Assembly (NCBI GenBank): GCA_025360585.1
Contig: JANYBW010000045.1
Location: 585-64,584, forward strand
DNA length: 64,000 nucleotides
Origin: Actinomycetes bacterium
GTDB lineage: Bacteria > Actinomycetota > Acidimicrobiia > IMCC26256 > PALSA-610
Direction of reading: 5' to 3'
Positions 17,735 to 26,924 of this stretch are shown in pieces. A program made the position numbers and the translations under genes. The first letter of the stretch is position 1. The number at the start of each line of letters is the position of its first letter. The notes beneath the pieces are model-generated. The model did not search any database. It was not told the origin of the DNA and worked only from the letters and a program-made list of their open reading frames with translations.

Positions 17735-18472
17735 ATGAGTGCACTTGGTGGTCGGGTGAGTGGGGCACACCTGGTCGTGCTCGTCGCCGGGCTATTCGGC
17801 GCGCTGCTGACGATGGCTGCCGTTCGCAATGCTGATCACACGGTTGCTGTGGCTGGCCTCCGACACGACGTGCGCATCGGTGCGGAAGTGCGCGCGGATG
17901 ATCTCGTCGCCGTCCAAATGCATACTGATAGCGACACGCTGGCTGGTCTGGTCTCAATGCGCGACGCGTCCAGGTACATCAATCAAATCGCGGTTGCGCC
18001 GATGCAGCGTGGTGATGTGTTGCGACGATCAGATCTTCGTTCCGCTGCAGATACCCACAGGCAGCGGTCGATCAGCTTCTCGATGGAAGCCGCGGACGCG
18101 GTCGGCGGCGATCTCTCGGCGGGGGATCGCATCGATGTGATCGGTGTAACTCATGATGGTGTTCGGAGTGGGTATGTGGTGTTGGACGCCGCGCTGCTTG
18201 CCGTTTCGAATCCGCAATCGTCGGGCCCGCTGCGATCTTCAGACCATCACGTCACGCTCACGATCAGTGTCGAGAGCGACGCGGCACTCCGATTAGTAGC
18301 GGCGCAAACCGGCGGCAAGGTCGTGGTGGTCAAAGCCACCGGTGCAACGCCAGCGCACGACTTGGTTCCGTTTTCGTTGGCAACAGCAACAAGCGCTCAG
18401 ACGAACGGGCCTGGAGCATCAGATCCGCAGCCAACGATCACCACTTCTGGGTCAGGAGCAAGTCGTGGCTGA
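17735..18472 (+). CDS. cpaB: Flp pilus assembly protein CpaB/RcpC (SAF domain)
   Basis: It begins MSALGGRVSGAH followed by the TM segment LVVLVAGLFGALLTMAAV. A SAF-like segment follows (VRIGAEVRADDLVAVQM...QRGDVLRRSDL), then a CpaB C-terminal-like region (GDRIDVIGV...VTLTISVESDAALRLVAAQ). The start is uncertain (17609 or 17735). Confidence 0.75.
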   Translation: MSALGGRVSGAHLVVLVAGLFGALLTMAAVRNADHTVAVAGLRHDVRIGAEVRADDLVAVQMHTDSDTLAGLVSMRDASRYINQIAVAPMQRGDVLRRSDLRSAADTHRQRSISFSMEAADAVGGDLSAGDRIDVIGVTHDGVRSGYVVLDAALLAVSNPQSSGPLRSSDHHVTLTISVESDAALRLVAAQTGGKVVVVKATGATPAHDLVPFSLATATSAQTNGPGASDPQPTITTSGSGASRG

Positions 18473-19694
18473 TCCAGATATTGCGATTGTTTTCACGCCC
18501 GAAACGTGGGTTGAAGAACTACATCGATTCTTCACGGATCACGGCGGCGCTCGCGTTCGTCAACTCATCGTTGACCCTGCAATCGCAATCGCGGAGGACT
18601 ATGCGATTCTCGTCGTGAGTTGGCGGTGGCCATCGTTGACTCGCGGTCTCGTCGAGCAACTGCATGAACAAGGACGTCGTGTCCTGGGGGTTGGCGATGA
18701 TTCGGAACCGGCGTCGCGATCCTTGTTGGAATCATGCGGTGTCGATGCAGCAGTTTCCTTCGATGCTGCGCACCACGAATTTCTTGAGGCGCTTACGTTG
18801 TTGCAATCGGATCCCGTCATGGACGGCGTGCTCGGATTCAAACCAACCCGAGATGTTGGTTCGGATCGCGAACGCTTCCCGCTCTTGGCTCTTGCTGGTC
18901 CGGCGGGGGTCGGTACGACTGAGGTCGCGATTGCATTGGCCCGCTCGTTGCGGGGGCTGTTGGTCGATTGCGATGAAGTCGCGCCGGCAGTTGCGGTGCG
19001 ATTGGGATTGCCGATTGAACCGAACTTGCGAACCGCAATCGACGCGGCTGAGTTTGGGCTCGGCGAAATCAGCGATTGCATTGTTCATGATCGTCATCAC
19101 GGCCTCGGTGTGATCACCGGTCTTCCCAACGTTGCGTCTTGGTCGCAGATCCGAGCGACGGAGGTGATGCGAACATTGCGAACGTTGGCCCGCGATCACA
19201 TCGTTGTCGCCGATACGAGCGCATGCACCGAAGACATCGGCACCGCAACCCGCGGCCGGTATGCAGTCACGCGGGCGGTCCTTGGCGAGGCTGACGCGGT
19301 TGTCGTGGTCGGGCGCGGCACACCGCTGGGCGTGGTTCGTTTACTGAGCTGGATTGCTGATGTTCAGGCCATGAGGCCAGGAACTCCGATGCATATCGTG
19401 TTGAATTGCGTCCCCGGCGATCGTTTTCGTCGCACGGAGTTAGTCGACGAGATTTCGAGAACGTTTGAAGCGTTGACCATGTGGACCGTTCCCGACGACC
19501 GCAAGGTCGAAGCGGCGGCATGGTCTGGCTGTTGTGTACGCAACGGCGCATTCACCAAAGTGATCGGGGCGCTCGGCGCTCACTTGCAACGCAGCGTTGG
19601 CAACACCGAGCGCCCCGCGCCGCCGATGAACGACGACGGCCTCACCGACGACGGCGAGCGACTCGTGAGCGCGACTCGTTACGGCATCGCATGA
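18465..19694 (+). CDS. tadZ: TadZ/CpaE/Ssd-like ParA-family protein with degenerate Walker A
   Basis: The GTG start overlaps the cpaB stop (GTGGCTGA). An N-terminal receiver-like region is followed by a ParA/MinD-like region with LALAGPAGVGTTEVAIALA where KGGxGK[ST] is expected. The gene sits between cpaB and tadA. Confidence 0.65.
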   Translation: MADPDIAIVFTPETWVEELHRFFTDHGGARVRQLIVDPAIAIAEDYAILVVSWRWPSLTRGLVEQLHEQGRRVLGVGDDSEPASRSLLESCGVDAAVSFDAAHHEFLEALTLLQSDPVMDGVLGFKPTRDVGSDRERFPLLALAGPAGVGTTEVAIALARSLRGLLVDCDEVAPAVAVRLGLPIEPNLRTAIDAAEFGLGEISDCIVHDRHHGLGVITGLPNVASWSQIRATEVMRTLRTLARDHIVVADTSACTEDIGTATRGRYAVTRAVLGEADAVVVVGRGTPLGVVRLLSWIADVQAMRPGTPMHIVLNCVPGDRFRRTELVDEISRTFEALTMWTVPDDRKVEAAAWSGCCVRNGAFTKVIGALGAHLQRSVGNTERPAPPMNDDGLTDDGERLVSATRYGIA

Positions 19695-20974
19695 GCCGCG
19701 ACGCCTACGACATCGTGCGGCGCGAGGTGCTGAGCGCCATGGAGCAACGGCGCCTGGAACCGGAATCGGATCTCGCTGAAGTTCGCGTAGAGACTGAACG
19801 CGCGGTCGAGCAATACCAAAGGAGATCACGGCTTGGTGAAGAACTGAGGCTTTCAGATCCGATCGCGATGGTCGAACGTATTGTTCGTTCGATTTGTGAT
19901 CTAGGCCCGCTCACAGAACTGCTCAGTCGTAACGACATCGAAGAAATCTTTATTGAGGGACCACGGATTTCGTACCTCGATTCACACGGCAAACTTCGTG
20001 GTCTCACGACGCCAACGACCGAGGAAGAAAATCGCCACGTCGTGCAGCGCATGCTTGCTTCGACAGAACGCCACCTCAACGCGCAATACCCGATCGTGCA
20101 AGCCCGCGTCTTGAGTGGCACTGCACGTTTGACTGCGGCGATTCCGCCGATTACCGATCGACTCTCAGCCACTATTCGCCGCTACGTCGTGCGGCACGTT
20201 TCGTTGGCCGACTTGGTGCGCCGCCGATCGCTTTCGACCGAAGCCGCGGGCTTCCTGTGGGCCGCGATGCAGTTTCGGAGTCGCATCGTTGTGTCCGGAG
20301 AACCTGGCGCGGGCAAGACAACAATGTTGGCTGCGCTCTTGAGTGCTGCTCCGGCGAGCCAATGCGTTCGGTGTTGCGAAGAGATTCGTGAAGTCTCGGT
20401 GCCGTTGACCCACGGCAGCTACTACGAGGTTCGGCCACCGGGCCTCGACGGTGGATCGGAAATCACCTTGCGCGATCTTGTGAAATTTACGTTGGCGATG
20501 CGCCCCGATCGCATCGTTGTCGGCGAAGTACGCGGCTCGGAAGCCTTTGAGCTGTCGCGGGCGATGAACGCCGGTTGTGGATTCATGTGCACGGTGCACG
20601 CGAACTCGGCCGCGGACTCGCTGCATGCGTTGGTGAATGCTGCGCTGATGGCTGGCGAGAACGTCGCGGAACGGGCGGTACGAAAGGTCTTTTCGGAATC
20701 ACTCGATTTGGTGGTGCATCTGGATCGCGAGGACGCTGCAGTCGAGGCGCACGATGAGCCGGCGCGGCGGTTTGTCACCGAAATTGCTGCGGTATCTCCG
20801 TCGCTCAATGAGGACTTTACCTGTGAACCGCTGTTTGTGCGGCGATCGCCAGGACTACCACTCGAATGGACGGGCGCGATGCCGGCATCGCTTGAGGATC
20901 GAATTGATCGAAGCCTTCCAAAGGGCTACACCGTTCGCAATATTCTCGAACAACGAGTGCAGGTCGCATCATGA
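19691..20974 (+). CDS. tadA: CpaF/TadA secretion ATPase
   Basis: It has an ATGA overlap with tadZ. The Walker A is SGEPGAGKTTML. RPDRIVVGEVRG is Walker B-like, and TVHANSA is the His box. Confidence 0.9.
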   Translation: MSRDAYDIVRREVLSAMEQRRLEPESDLAEVRVETERAVEQYQRRSRLGEELRLSDPIAMVERIVRSICDLGPLTELLSRNDIEEIFIEGPRISYLDSHGKLRGLTTPTTEEENRHVVQRMLASTERHLNAQYPIVQARVLSGTARLTAAIPPITDRLSATIRRYVVRHVSLADLVRRRSLSTEAAGFLWAAMQFRSRIVVSGEPGAGKTTMLAALLSAAPASQCVRCCEEIREVSVPLTHGSYYEVRPPGLDGGSEITLRDLVKFTLAMRPDRIVVGEVRGSEAFELSRAMNAGCGFMCTVHANSAADSLHALVNAALMAGENVAERAVRKVFSESLDLVVHLDREDAAVEAHDEPARRFVTEIAAVSPSLNEDFTCEPLFVRRSPGLPLEWTGAMPASLEDRIDRSLPKGYTVRNILEQRVQVAS

Positions 20975-21849
20975 TGGTGTTGGCCGCGATCATCGTCGGC
21001 TGGAGCTGCGCTGCACTCGTTGCTGTCGTGAGCGGCAACCCACTGCCCATCCCTCGCAGAACGACCGAACGCCGGAGCTACTCGGCCGGTTGCGATGCGT
21101 GGCTGCAACAAGCAGGAGCGCGCGCAACGGTCGCGCAGTTCGCGGCCGCATCACTGGCAACGACCATGGTGGCGTACGGATGTCTGAGTACGATTGCCGG
21201 CCCCATCGTTGCGGTCGTGCCGGCCGCGGCCATAGGCGCGCTGCCGTACTTCTTTTACGCGCGGCGTCGGATCGCTCGACTCACCGCGGCACAACGGGCG
21301 TGGCCAGATGCATTGCGCGACGTCCTCACTTCAATTGCGAGCGGCCAGTCGCTGCATCAAGCAATGGTGGCACTTCCGAATGGCAAACACGGTGAGCTCA
21401 GTACCGCATTTGATCGCTATCGCTCGCTCAGTCGCTCCCTGGGTACCGTCGCCGCGCTTGAGGTTGTGCGGGCAGAGCTCGCCGATCCGGTCAGCGACCG
21501 GGTGATTGAAGTCTTCATTCTTGCGGCTGAGCGCGGAGGCTCGGTCGTTCGCACAATTCTGGAAGATCTCGCGGGATCGATTGGCGCGGACATCAGCGTG
21601 CTCAACGAAATTGATACGGCAGTGCTGGAGAGTCGAATCAACGCGCGCGCTGTGGTCGCGCTTCCGTGGGTTGCGTTGATCATGCTGAATCAAGGCGGCG
21701 GACCGTTCCACGAGTTCTACCGAACGTCGGCGGGGTTCGTTGTCGTTGCCCTCGGTGCAGCAATGACAGTCTTGGGCTGGACGATGGTCTCGAAATTGAG
21801 TCGGATGCCCGAGGAACAACGTGTGTTCCTGCCGGGAGGCCCGCGATGA
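20971..21849 (+). CDS. tadB: TadB-like type II secretion system F-family membrane protein
   Basis: It has an ATGA overlap with tadA and a T2SSF-like core (WPDALRDVLTSIASGQSLHQAM...) flanked by TM segments. Confidence 0.8.
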   Translation: MMVLAAIIVGWSCAALVAVVSGNPLPIPRRTTERRSYSAGCDAWLQQAGARATVAQFAAASLATTMVAYGCLSTIAGPIVAVVPAAAIGALPYFFYARRRIARLTAAQRAWPDALRDVLTSIASGQSLHQAMVALPNGKHGELSTAFDRYRSLSRSLGTVAALEVVRAELADPVSDRVIEVFILAAERGGSVVRTILEDLAGSIGADISVLNEIDTAVLESRINARAVVALPWVALIMLNQGGGPFHEFYRTSAGFVVVALGAAMTVLGWTMVSKLSRMPEEQRVFLPGGPR

Positions 21850-22775
21850 TTCCGATCGCGTTTTTGGCCGCTCTTTGTGGGGCGACCGCTGTCGGCGGGT
21901 TTGCGTACGTCCTGGTTCCTCCGGCGCCACGAATCGCGCTCAGGGTACGGCCGTACACCGTGGCGGCGCGCGCTGCATTTGGCAAACCGACCGATCTGCG
22001 CGACATCGAAGCCGACCGACTCGGCGGGACGGCCACGGTTGTGGCTGAGCCGGTCCGCGCGTTGATTCGGCGTATGGCCAGTGTGCTTGAACGGCGTAGC
22101 GACGAAGTCATTGCCGAGAAGCTGTACCAAGCTGGCCGCAATGGTGAAACTCCCACTGAGTTTCGGTTGCAGCAAGTAACCCGCGGATCGGTTCTCGCCT
22201 TGGCGATGGCAGCGAGCGCACTGATCGTTGCGCACACGCTGGTCGCGATCGTTTCGGCCGCGGTGTGTGGATTCGTCGCGGGGTCGGCCCGCGTGCGCGG
22301 CCGCCTCGAACGAGCGATCCTGGACCGGTCGCAGCGTATGGAGCTCGAGTTATACACGGTCAACCAGCTGCTCGCGTTGCACGTTCGCTCAGGCGCCGGG
22401 CCCATGCAAGCGGTGCAACGCGTTGTCGAGCGTGGCCGCGGCGCGGTGATCGATGAGCTGGAGACGGTGCTCACTTGGGTGCGCAGTGGGCAGCAAGAAG
22501 CCGCTGCGTTCCGACGCGCCGCGGACCTCACGCCCTGCAAAAGTGCTGCGCGTACCTACCAGATGTTTGCGCTTGCCGCAGAGCGGGGATCAGATTTGGG
22601 TGGTGCGCTCCTTGTGGTCGGCGATGACTTGCGCGACGCCCGCCGCGAGAACTTGCGCAAACATGCAGTGAAACAGCGCGCAGCGATGCTCGCTCCAACC
22701 ATCGGTGTGCTTGCACCCATCATGTTGTTGTTCGTGGCGGCGCCATTGCCGTCGATCATTCTTGGCAGTCGATAA
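21846..22775 (+). CDS. tadC: TadC-like type II secretion system F-family membrane protein
   Basis: It has an ATGA overlap with tadB and begins MIPIAFLAALCGATAVGGFAYVL. The T2SSF core reads LHVRSGAGPMQAVQRVV...LTWVRSGQQEAAAF. Confidence 0.8.
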   Translation: MIPIAFLAALCGATAVGGFAYVLVPPAPRIALRVRPYTVAARAAFGKPTDLRDIEADRLGGTATVVAEPVRALIRRMASVLERRSDEVIAEKLYQAGRNGETPTEFRLQQVTRGSVLALAMAASALIVAHTLVAIVSAAVCGFVAGSARVRGRLERAILDRSQRMELELYTVNQLLALHVRSGAGPMQAVQRVVERGRGAVIDELETVLTWVRSGQQEAAAFRRAADLTPCKSAARTYQMFALAAERGSDLGGALLVVGDDLRDARRENLRKHAVKQRAAMLAPTIGVLAPIMLLFVAAPLPSIILGSR

Positions 22776-22789
22776 ACAGGAGAAAGCAA

Positions 22790-22987
22790 ATGGAAATGTT
22801 GATGTTTCGAATCTTGACCGCGTTGAGCGATCGATCGCGTATACGCAATGAGGACGGCATGGCGACCGCGGAGTTGCTCGGTAATGCGGCGTTGGGCATC
22901 GGAGCGCTCGTTGTGATCTGGGCGCTGCTTCGTCAACTCGGTGTCGACGTTGTCGGCTGGATGGGACAACAGATCGGTGTCGGCTGA
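22790..22987 (+). CDS. flp: Flp-type pilin (DUF4244-like)
   Basis: A strong SD (AGGAGA at 22778-22783) lies 6 nt upstream of the ATG. The 65-aa ORF carries the Flp-like motif EDG/MATAELLGNAALGIGALVVIWALL (Gly, then Glu at +5, then a hydrophobic helix). Confidence 0.7.
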   Translation: MEMLMFRILTALSDRSRIRNEDGMATAELLGNAALGIGALVVIWALLRQLGVDVVGWMGQQIGVG

Positions 22988-23363
22988 CCGTTCGCGTAAC
23001 ACCAGTGGATTCGTGACGGTGCAGTACGTCTTTGCAACGGCGGCGGCGCTATTTGCGGTTGTGTTGCTCACGAATTCACTGATCAATATGTACGTGCGGG
23101 CTGCGGTACGCGATTCGATTGACGATGGAGTGCGGGCAGCGATTGCACACGGGGCTGACGTGAACGTGTGCCAACAACGGGTCGACGGTGCCGTTGCCGG
23201 TCTCCTGCACGGTGCGTATCGCCGCGGAGTACGCGCGCAGTGTTCCGTCGTTAACGGAGTCGTGCATGCTGATGCGCAACTACATTTGCCGAGCTTCCTG
23301 CCATCGCTACTGCCGAGTTGGTCGTTGCAATTGCATGCGGTGGCTCGCCAGGAGCCGTTGTGA
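22977..23363 (+). CDS. TadE-like pseudopilin (Gln at the position of the conserved Glu)
   Basis: The GTG at 22977 overlaps the end of flp. The motif SG/FVTVQYVFATAAALFAVVLL resembles the TadE N-terminus. The alternative longer start is 22941. Confidence 0.6.
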   Translation: MSADRSRNTSGFVTVQYVFATAAALFAVVLLTNSLINMYVRAAVRDSIDDGVRAAIAHGADVNVCQQRVDGAVAGLLHGAYRRGVRAQCSVVNGVVHADAQLHLPSFLPSLLPSWSLQLHAVARQEPL

Positions 23364-23803
23364 CTATTCCCAGGGTCTTCGCTCGCCGTCTTTGGCGCCG
23401 TCGCTCGCAGCACGGTTTTGTCGCGATCGAGTTCAGCGCGGCGATCGCGTTACTCCTGTTGCCGGTGACCATGCTGGTTGCGTCGCTGCCATCGTGGAGC
23501 ACCCGTGAGCACTCAGCGACGGTCATCGCTAGAGAAGCGGCGCGCCTCGCCGCGCAACAATGGCCGAACCAATCAGACGCCGCGATCGACACCCTCGTTG
23601 TCGACACCGCAACGAATCTCGGCGCTGACCCTCGTCAAGTCACGATTGAAGTGACGTCAGATCAATTTCGCGGGGGCCAGGTCCGCGCCACGGTCACGAT
23701 CGTCATGCCGGCAATCTCGGTGCCCGGCATTGGGACCGCTGGCGCGTGGCATTGGTCCACGACCGCGACGGTTCGCATCGACGACTATCGGAGCCGATCA
23801 TGA
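23360..23803 (+). CDS. TadE family pseudopilin
   Basis: It has a GTGA overlap with the preceding gene. The motif is HG/FVAIEFSAAIALLLLPV. Confidence 0.7.
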   Translation: MTIPRVFARRLWRRRSQHGFVAIEFSAAIALLLLPVTMLVASLPSWSTREHSATVIAREAARLAAQQWPNQSDAAIDTLVVDTATNLGADPRQVTIEVTSDQFRGGQVRATVTIVMPAISVPGIGTAGAWHWSTTATVRIDDYRSRS

Positions 23804-24255
23804 GCGCTAGACGAATTCCATCGCGGGGTTCGTTCAATGCTTCGAGCCACATGAACGAGCGAGGGTCGACGACGATCTTTGTGCTCGGGCTGTGCGTCGT
23901 GGTGTTGTTCGTCGGTGGGCTCTCAGTCGACTTCTGGCGAGTGATTGCTGCTCGCCGGGCTCTGGCCGCTATGGCCGATTCCGCCGCAGCCGCGGGAGCA
24001 AATGGTGTGGACCTATCGGCGTTGCGATCGGGCGCTCTCGCGCTGAATCCGAGCCGTGCTCGCCAGCTCGCGGGCGACCAAATCGCGCGGTCAAGTGACG
24101 TCGTCCGAGTGCAATCGGTTGTGATCGACAGCGACACAACCGCAGTGCGCGTGACTGTGTCCCAACATATCGAGTTCTCGTTGCTCGGTCTGCTCGGCGA
24201 CCACCAAGGGTTCACAATCACGGTCTCCGCTGCAGGTTCACCTCGTCGGAACTGA
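23800..24255 (+). CDS. TadG-like pilus assembly protein (TadE/G-like N-terminus)
   Basis: It has an ATGA overlap. The sequence ERGSTTIFVLGLCVVVLFVGGLSVDFWRV is typical of the TadE/G-like domain. Confidence 0.7.
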   Translation: MSARRIPSRGSFNASSHMNERGSTTIFVLGLCVVVLFVGGLSVDFWRVIAARRALAAMADSAAAAGANGVDLSALRSGALALNPSRARQLAGDQIARSSDVVRVQSVVIDSDTTAVRVTVSQHIEFSLLGLLGDHQGFTITVSAAGSPRRN

Positions 24256-24288
24256 AGTTCGACGCGCATGCGGATACGCTCGGGCACT

Positions 24289-25458
24289 ATGACTGAAGCC
24301 GTAATTGTTGCTGCCTGCCGTACCGCGATTGGCACTGCCCGTAAAGGCACCCTTGTTGATGTGAGCGCGTTCGATCTTGGAACGTGGGCAGTGCGGGAAG
24401 TGCTCGACCGTAGCGGCATCGACCCCGCCGATGTCGAAGACATCGTGCTGGGCGAGGTGCTGCAGGGAGGTGGCGATATTGCTCGCTACGCGGCGATTGA
24501 AAGTGGGCTGGTGCACGTACCCGGTCTGGCGCACAACCGTCACTGTGCATCGGGAATGGCCGCGGTGCACACTGCAGCCGGTTCGATTCGGGCCGGGATG
24601 GATCGTGTGGTGATCGCCGGAGGCGCGGAAAGTGTCTCGAGTTTTCCGATGTCATCGAAGCGGGTGCTCGGCACCGACGATGCCCAGCCGTGGATGTCGC
24701 CGTCACACCGCGATACTCCGGACGCGCCGGCGTTTGATATGTCCATCACTGTCGGCTGGAATGCCGCGAAGGCGGCTTCGGTAACGCGTGAAGAAATGGA
24801 TTTCTGGGCGGCAACTTCCCATGAACGCGCGCTCAGTGCGAGCAACGAAGGAAAGTTTCAAGCTGAAATCTTCGCCGTGAACGCGCCGCGTCGCGACGGC
24901 ACCTCGACGGTGTTCGATCGCGATGAACACCCCCGCGAAACCAGCGTCGAGAAACTCGCCAGTTTGAAACCATTGCACCCGGAAATCGAAGGATTCTCGA
25001 TCACTGCGGGCAACTCATCGGGGATCAACGACGCAGCCGCGACCGTCATGGTCGTGAGTTCTGACTATGCGGCTGCGCACGGGCTGACTCCGATGGCGAC
25101 CGTGAAATCCTGGGCGTCGATTGGCTTGGAGCCCGCGCTTACCGGGCTCGGCCCGGTTTACGCAATCCCTAAGGCACTCGATCGTTGTGGGCTTACGGTG
25201 GCCGACGTCGACCTGTTCGAAATCAACGAAGCATTTGCGTCGATGTGCGTTGCTTCCACCCGAATCTTGGGAATCGATCACGCAATGACGAATGTGAACG
25301 GCAGCGGCTGTTCGCTTGGGCATCCAGTCGCCGCAACTGGCACCCGCATGATCGTGACGCTGATTCATGAGCTGCAACGCCGAGGTGGCGGTATCGGCGT
25401 TGCGAGTATGTGCGCCGGTGGTGGTATGGGCAGCGCGACCGTAATTGAAGTCCACTGA
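24289..25458 (+). CDS. acetyl-CoA C-acyltransferase (thiolase)
   Basis: It begins MTEAVIVAACRTAIGTARKG. The active-site region reads NRHCASGMAAV, and the C-terminus has NVNGSGCSLGHP...MCAGGGMG. Confidence 0.9.
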   Translation: MTEAVIVAACRTAIGTARKGTLVDVSAFDLGTWAVREVLDRSGIDPADVEDIVLGEVLQGGGDIARYAAIESGLVHVPGLAHNRHCASGMAAVHTAAGSIRAGMDRVVIAGGAESVSSFPMSSKRVLGTDDAQPWMSPSHRDTPDAPAFDMSITVGWNAAKAASVTREEMDFWAATSHERALSASNEGKFQAEIFAVNAPRRDGTSTVFDRDEHPRETSVEKLASLKPLHPEIEGFSITAGNSSGINDAAATVMVVSSDYAAAHGLTPMATVKSWASIGLEPALTGLGPVYAIPKALDRCGLTVADVDLFEINEAFASMCVASTRILGIDHAMTNVNGSGCSLGHPVAATGTRMIVTLIHELQRRGGGIGVASMCAGGGMGSATVIEVH

Positions 25459-25500
25459 CGGCGTGTCGCTCGGCGTGATGTACGAGCCGGCAGGTTCGAT

Positions 25501-25536
25501 CCGTCGTTCGCGCCGTCGTTCGCTCCGTCGTTCGAT
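25501..25536. repeat. 12-nt tandem repeat x3 (CCGTCGTTCGNN), intergenic
   Basis: The units ccgtcgttcgcg / ccgtcgttcgct / ccgtcgttcgat were read directly, between the thiolase stop and the acyltransferase start. Confidence 0.9.
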
Positions 25537-25563
25537 CCGACGGTTTGGCGCGCCTCCCAGTTA

Positions 25564-26841
25564 TTGGGAGTGGCCCCAGATTTGTGTCAGACTGCTTCGA
25601 TGGACCACGTAGCAACGGATGGCGCGACGGTCGCCGACGGTGTCGCCAGCCGCGTGGATGCCCTCGACGGATTGCGCGGACTACTCGCTTTGGTTGTCGT
25701 GTTGGCGCATGCCTGTGAGCAGTTGTACCCGGCGATGTCGGGCCACGGTGTGCGCCATTTTGGCCTTGACCGTTACGTTTCAAGATCGCCGTTAGCCGTG
25801 TTCGTCAGTGCGGATTTCGCAGTGCGAATCTTTTTTGTCCACAGCGGCTTCGTGCTTGCGTTGAAATTCTTTCGATCGCGTGATGCGCGTTGGCCGGTCT
25901 TGATGTTTCTGCGCCGGCCGTTGCGGCTCGGGCTTCCCGTATTCGTCAGTATGGTGTTCGCCTGGCTGCTCGTCGCGACATTCGGAGAGCCCGCACGTGA
26001 GCTCGCGTTGGAGGCTGGGCTGCAAGGTAGCCGCAGAGCAGTATCCCTGCCGCCCTTCGGCGGCGTCCTGCTTGATGGCATCTACCGAACGGCCCTGCTC
26101 GGCCGCAGCGCGGTGGCGGGAGCGTGGTGGACGATGCCTGTCGAGCTGTACTGCAGCATGGCATTGCTCGCGTTGCTAGCGGTGTCGCCACGCTGTCGAA
26201 GCTGGACTCGCGGCGTGGGCCTCGCGTTGTATATCGCGGCGTTGCTCGCGGTTGTTGCCCGCCACAAAGCCGCTCCGCAGCTTTCCTACGGAACGATGGA
26301 GAATTCACTACGACTGATCGTGTTGTTGTCGTTCAGCTTCGTGTTGGGTGCTTGGATTGCGTACGAATGGACCCGTACCGATCAACGGCTGCGTAACTGG
26401 GCGTGTAGCCACGCGAGGTTGGCATGGCTGTTGGTCGGCGGGGCGTTACTGGTCGGAGTATTTCCCTCCAGTGTGCATCCATTCGATATGGGATACCGCA
26501 GCTTGACTCAGCTCGCGTTTCAACTGGCCGCCGCGATCGCGGTGACTGGCGTGTTGTTCGCGCCGAGAGTGCAAGCAGTTTTGTGCCGACCACTAGTGCG
26601 CTGGTTCGGGAAGATCTCGTTTTCGGTATATCTGATTCATCTCGCAACCCAACGCACGATCATGGCCCGCGTGTTCTTAGCGCTACGGAAACACGTTGAG
26701 TACAACGTCGCGGCGGTGACCGCGATTGTTGCGATGTTCGCCGCGGTTTTTGTACTCGCGCAACTACTCACGATGACCGCTGAGCGCGCTGCGCTGACTT
26801 GGGGTAAGCGAGCCTTGTACAAGTCTCTCGGGCTGGCCTGA
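25564..26841 (+). CDS. acyltransferase family 3 (OafA-like) membrane protein
   Basis: LDGLRGLLALVVVLAHA and multiple TM segments are typical of acyltransferase_3. The start may be ATG 25600. Confidence 0.8.
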   Translation: MGVAPDLCQTASMDHVATDGATVADGVASRVDALDGLRGLLALVVVLAHACEQLYPAMSGHGVRHFGLDRYVSRSPLAVFVSADFAVRIFFVHSGFVLALKFFRSRDARWPVLMFLRRPLRLGLPVFVSMVFAWLLVATFGEPARELALEAGLQGSRRAVSLPPFGGVLLDGIYRTALLGRSAVAGAWWTMPVELYCSMALLALLAVSPRCRSWTRGVGLALYIAALLAVVARHKAAPQLSYGTMENSLRLIVLLSFSFVLGAWIAYEWTRTDQRLRNWACSHARLAWLLVGGALLVGVFPSSVHPFDMGYRSLTQLAFQLAAAIAVTGVLFAPRVQAVLCRPLVRWFGKISFSVYLIHLATQRTIMARVFLALRKHVEYNVAAVTAIVAMFAAVFVLAQLLTMTAERAALTWGKRALYKSLGLA

Positions 26842-26924
26842 GCCCTGCCGCCGAATGAGTTGGACCTGTGCACAGGTTGGGCTTCTCCCGCATGTGCACC
26901 CCGGCGCGGGTTGGTCCCGTGGCG

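Noticed and set aside
17444-22775. Longest-ORF starts for cpaB (17444), tadZ (18342), tadA (19481) and tadC (21666), which would give long N-terminal extensions overlapping the upstream genes.
   Set aside because: Internal starts give ATGA/GTGA-type start/stop overlaps with the preceding gene and N-termini typical of each family. The extensions overlap upstream coding sequence in another frame.
26864-26877. Palindrome ACCTGTGCACAGGT between the convergent acyltransferase and gdh genes, considered as a bidirectional terminator.
   Set aside because: The stem is only ~5-6 bp with a 4-nt loop and no U-tract, which is too weak to call as a feature.
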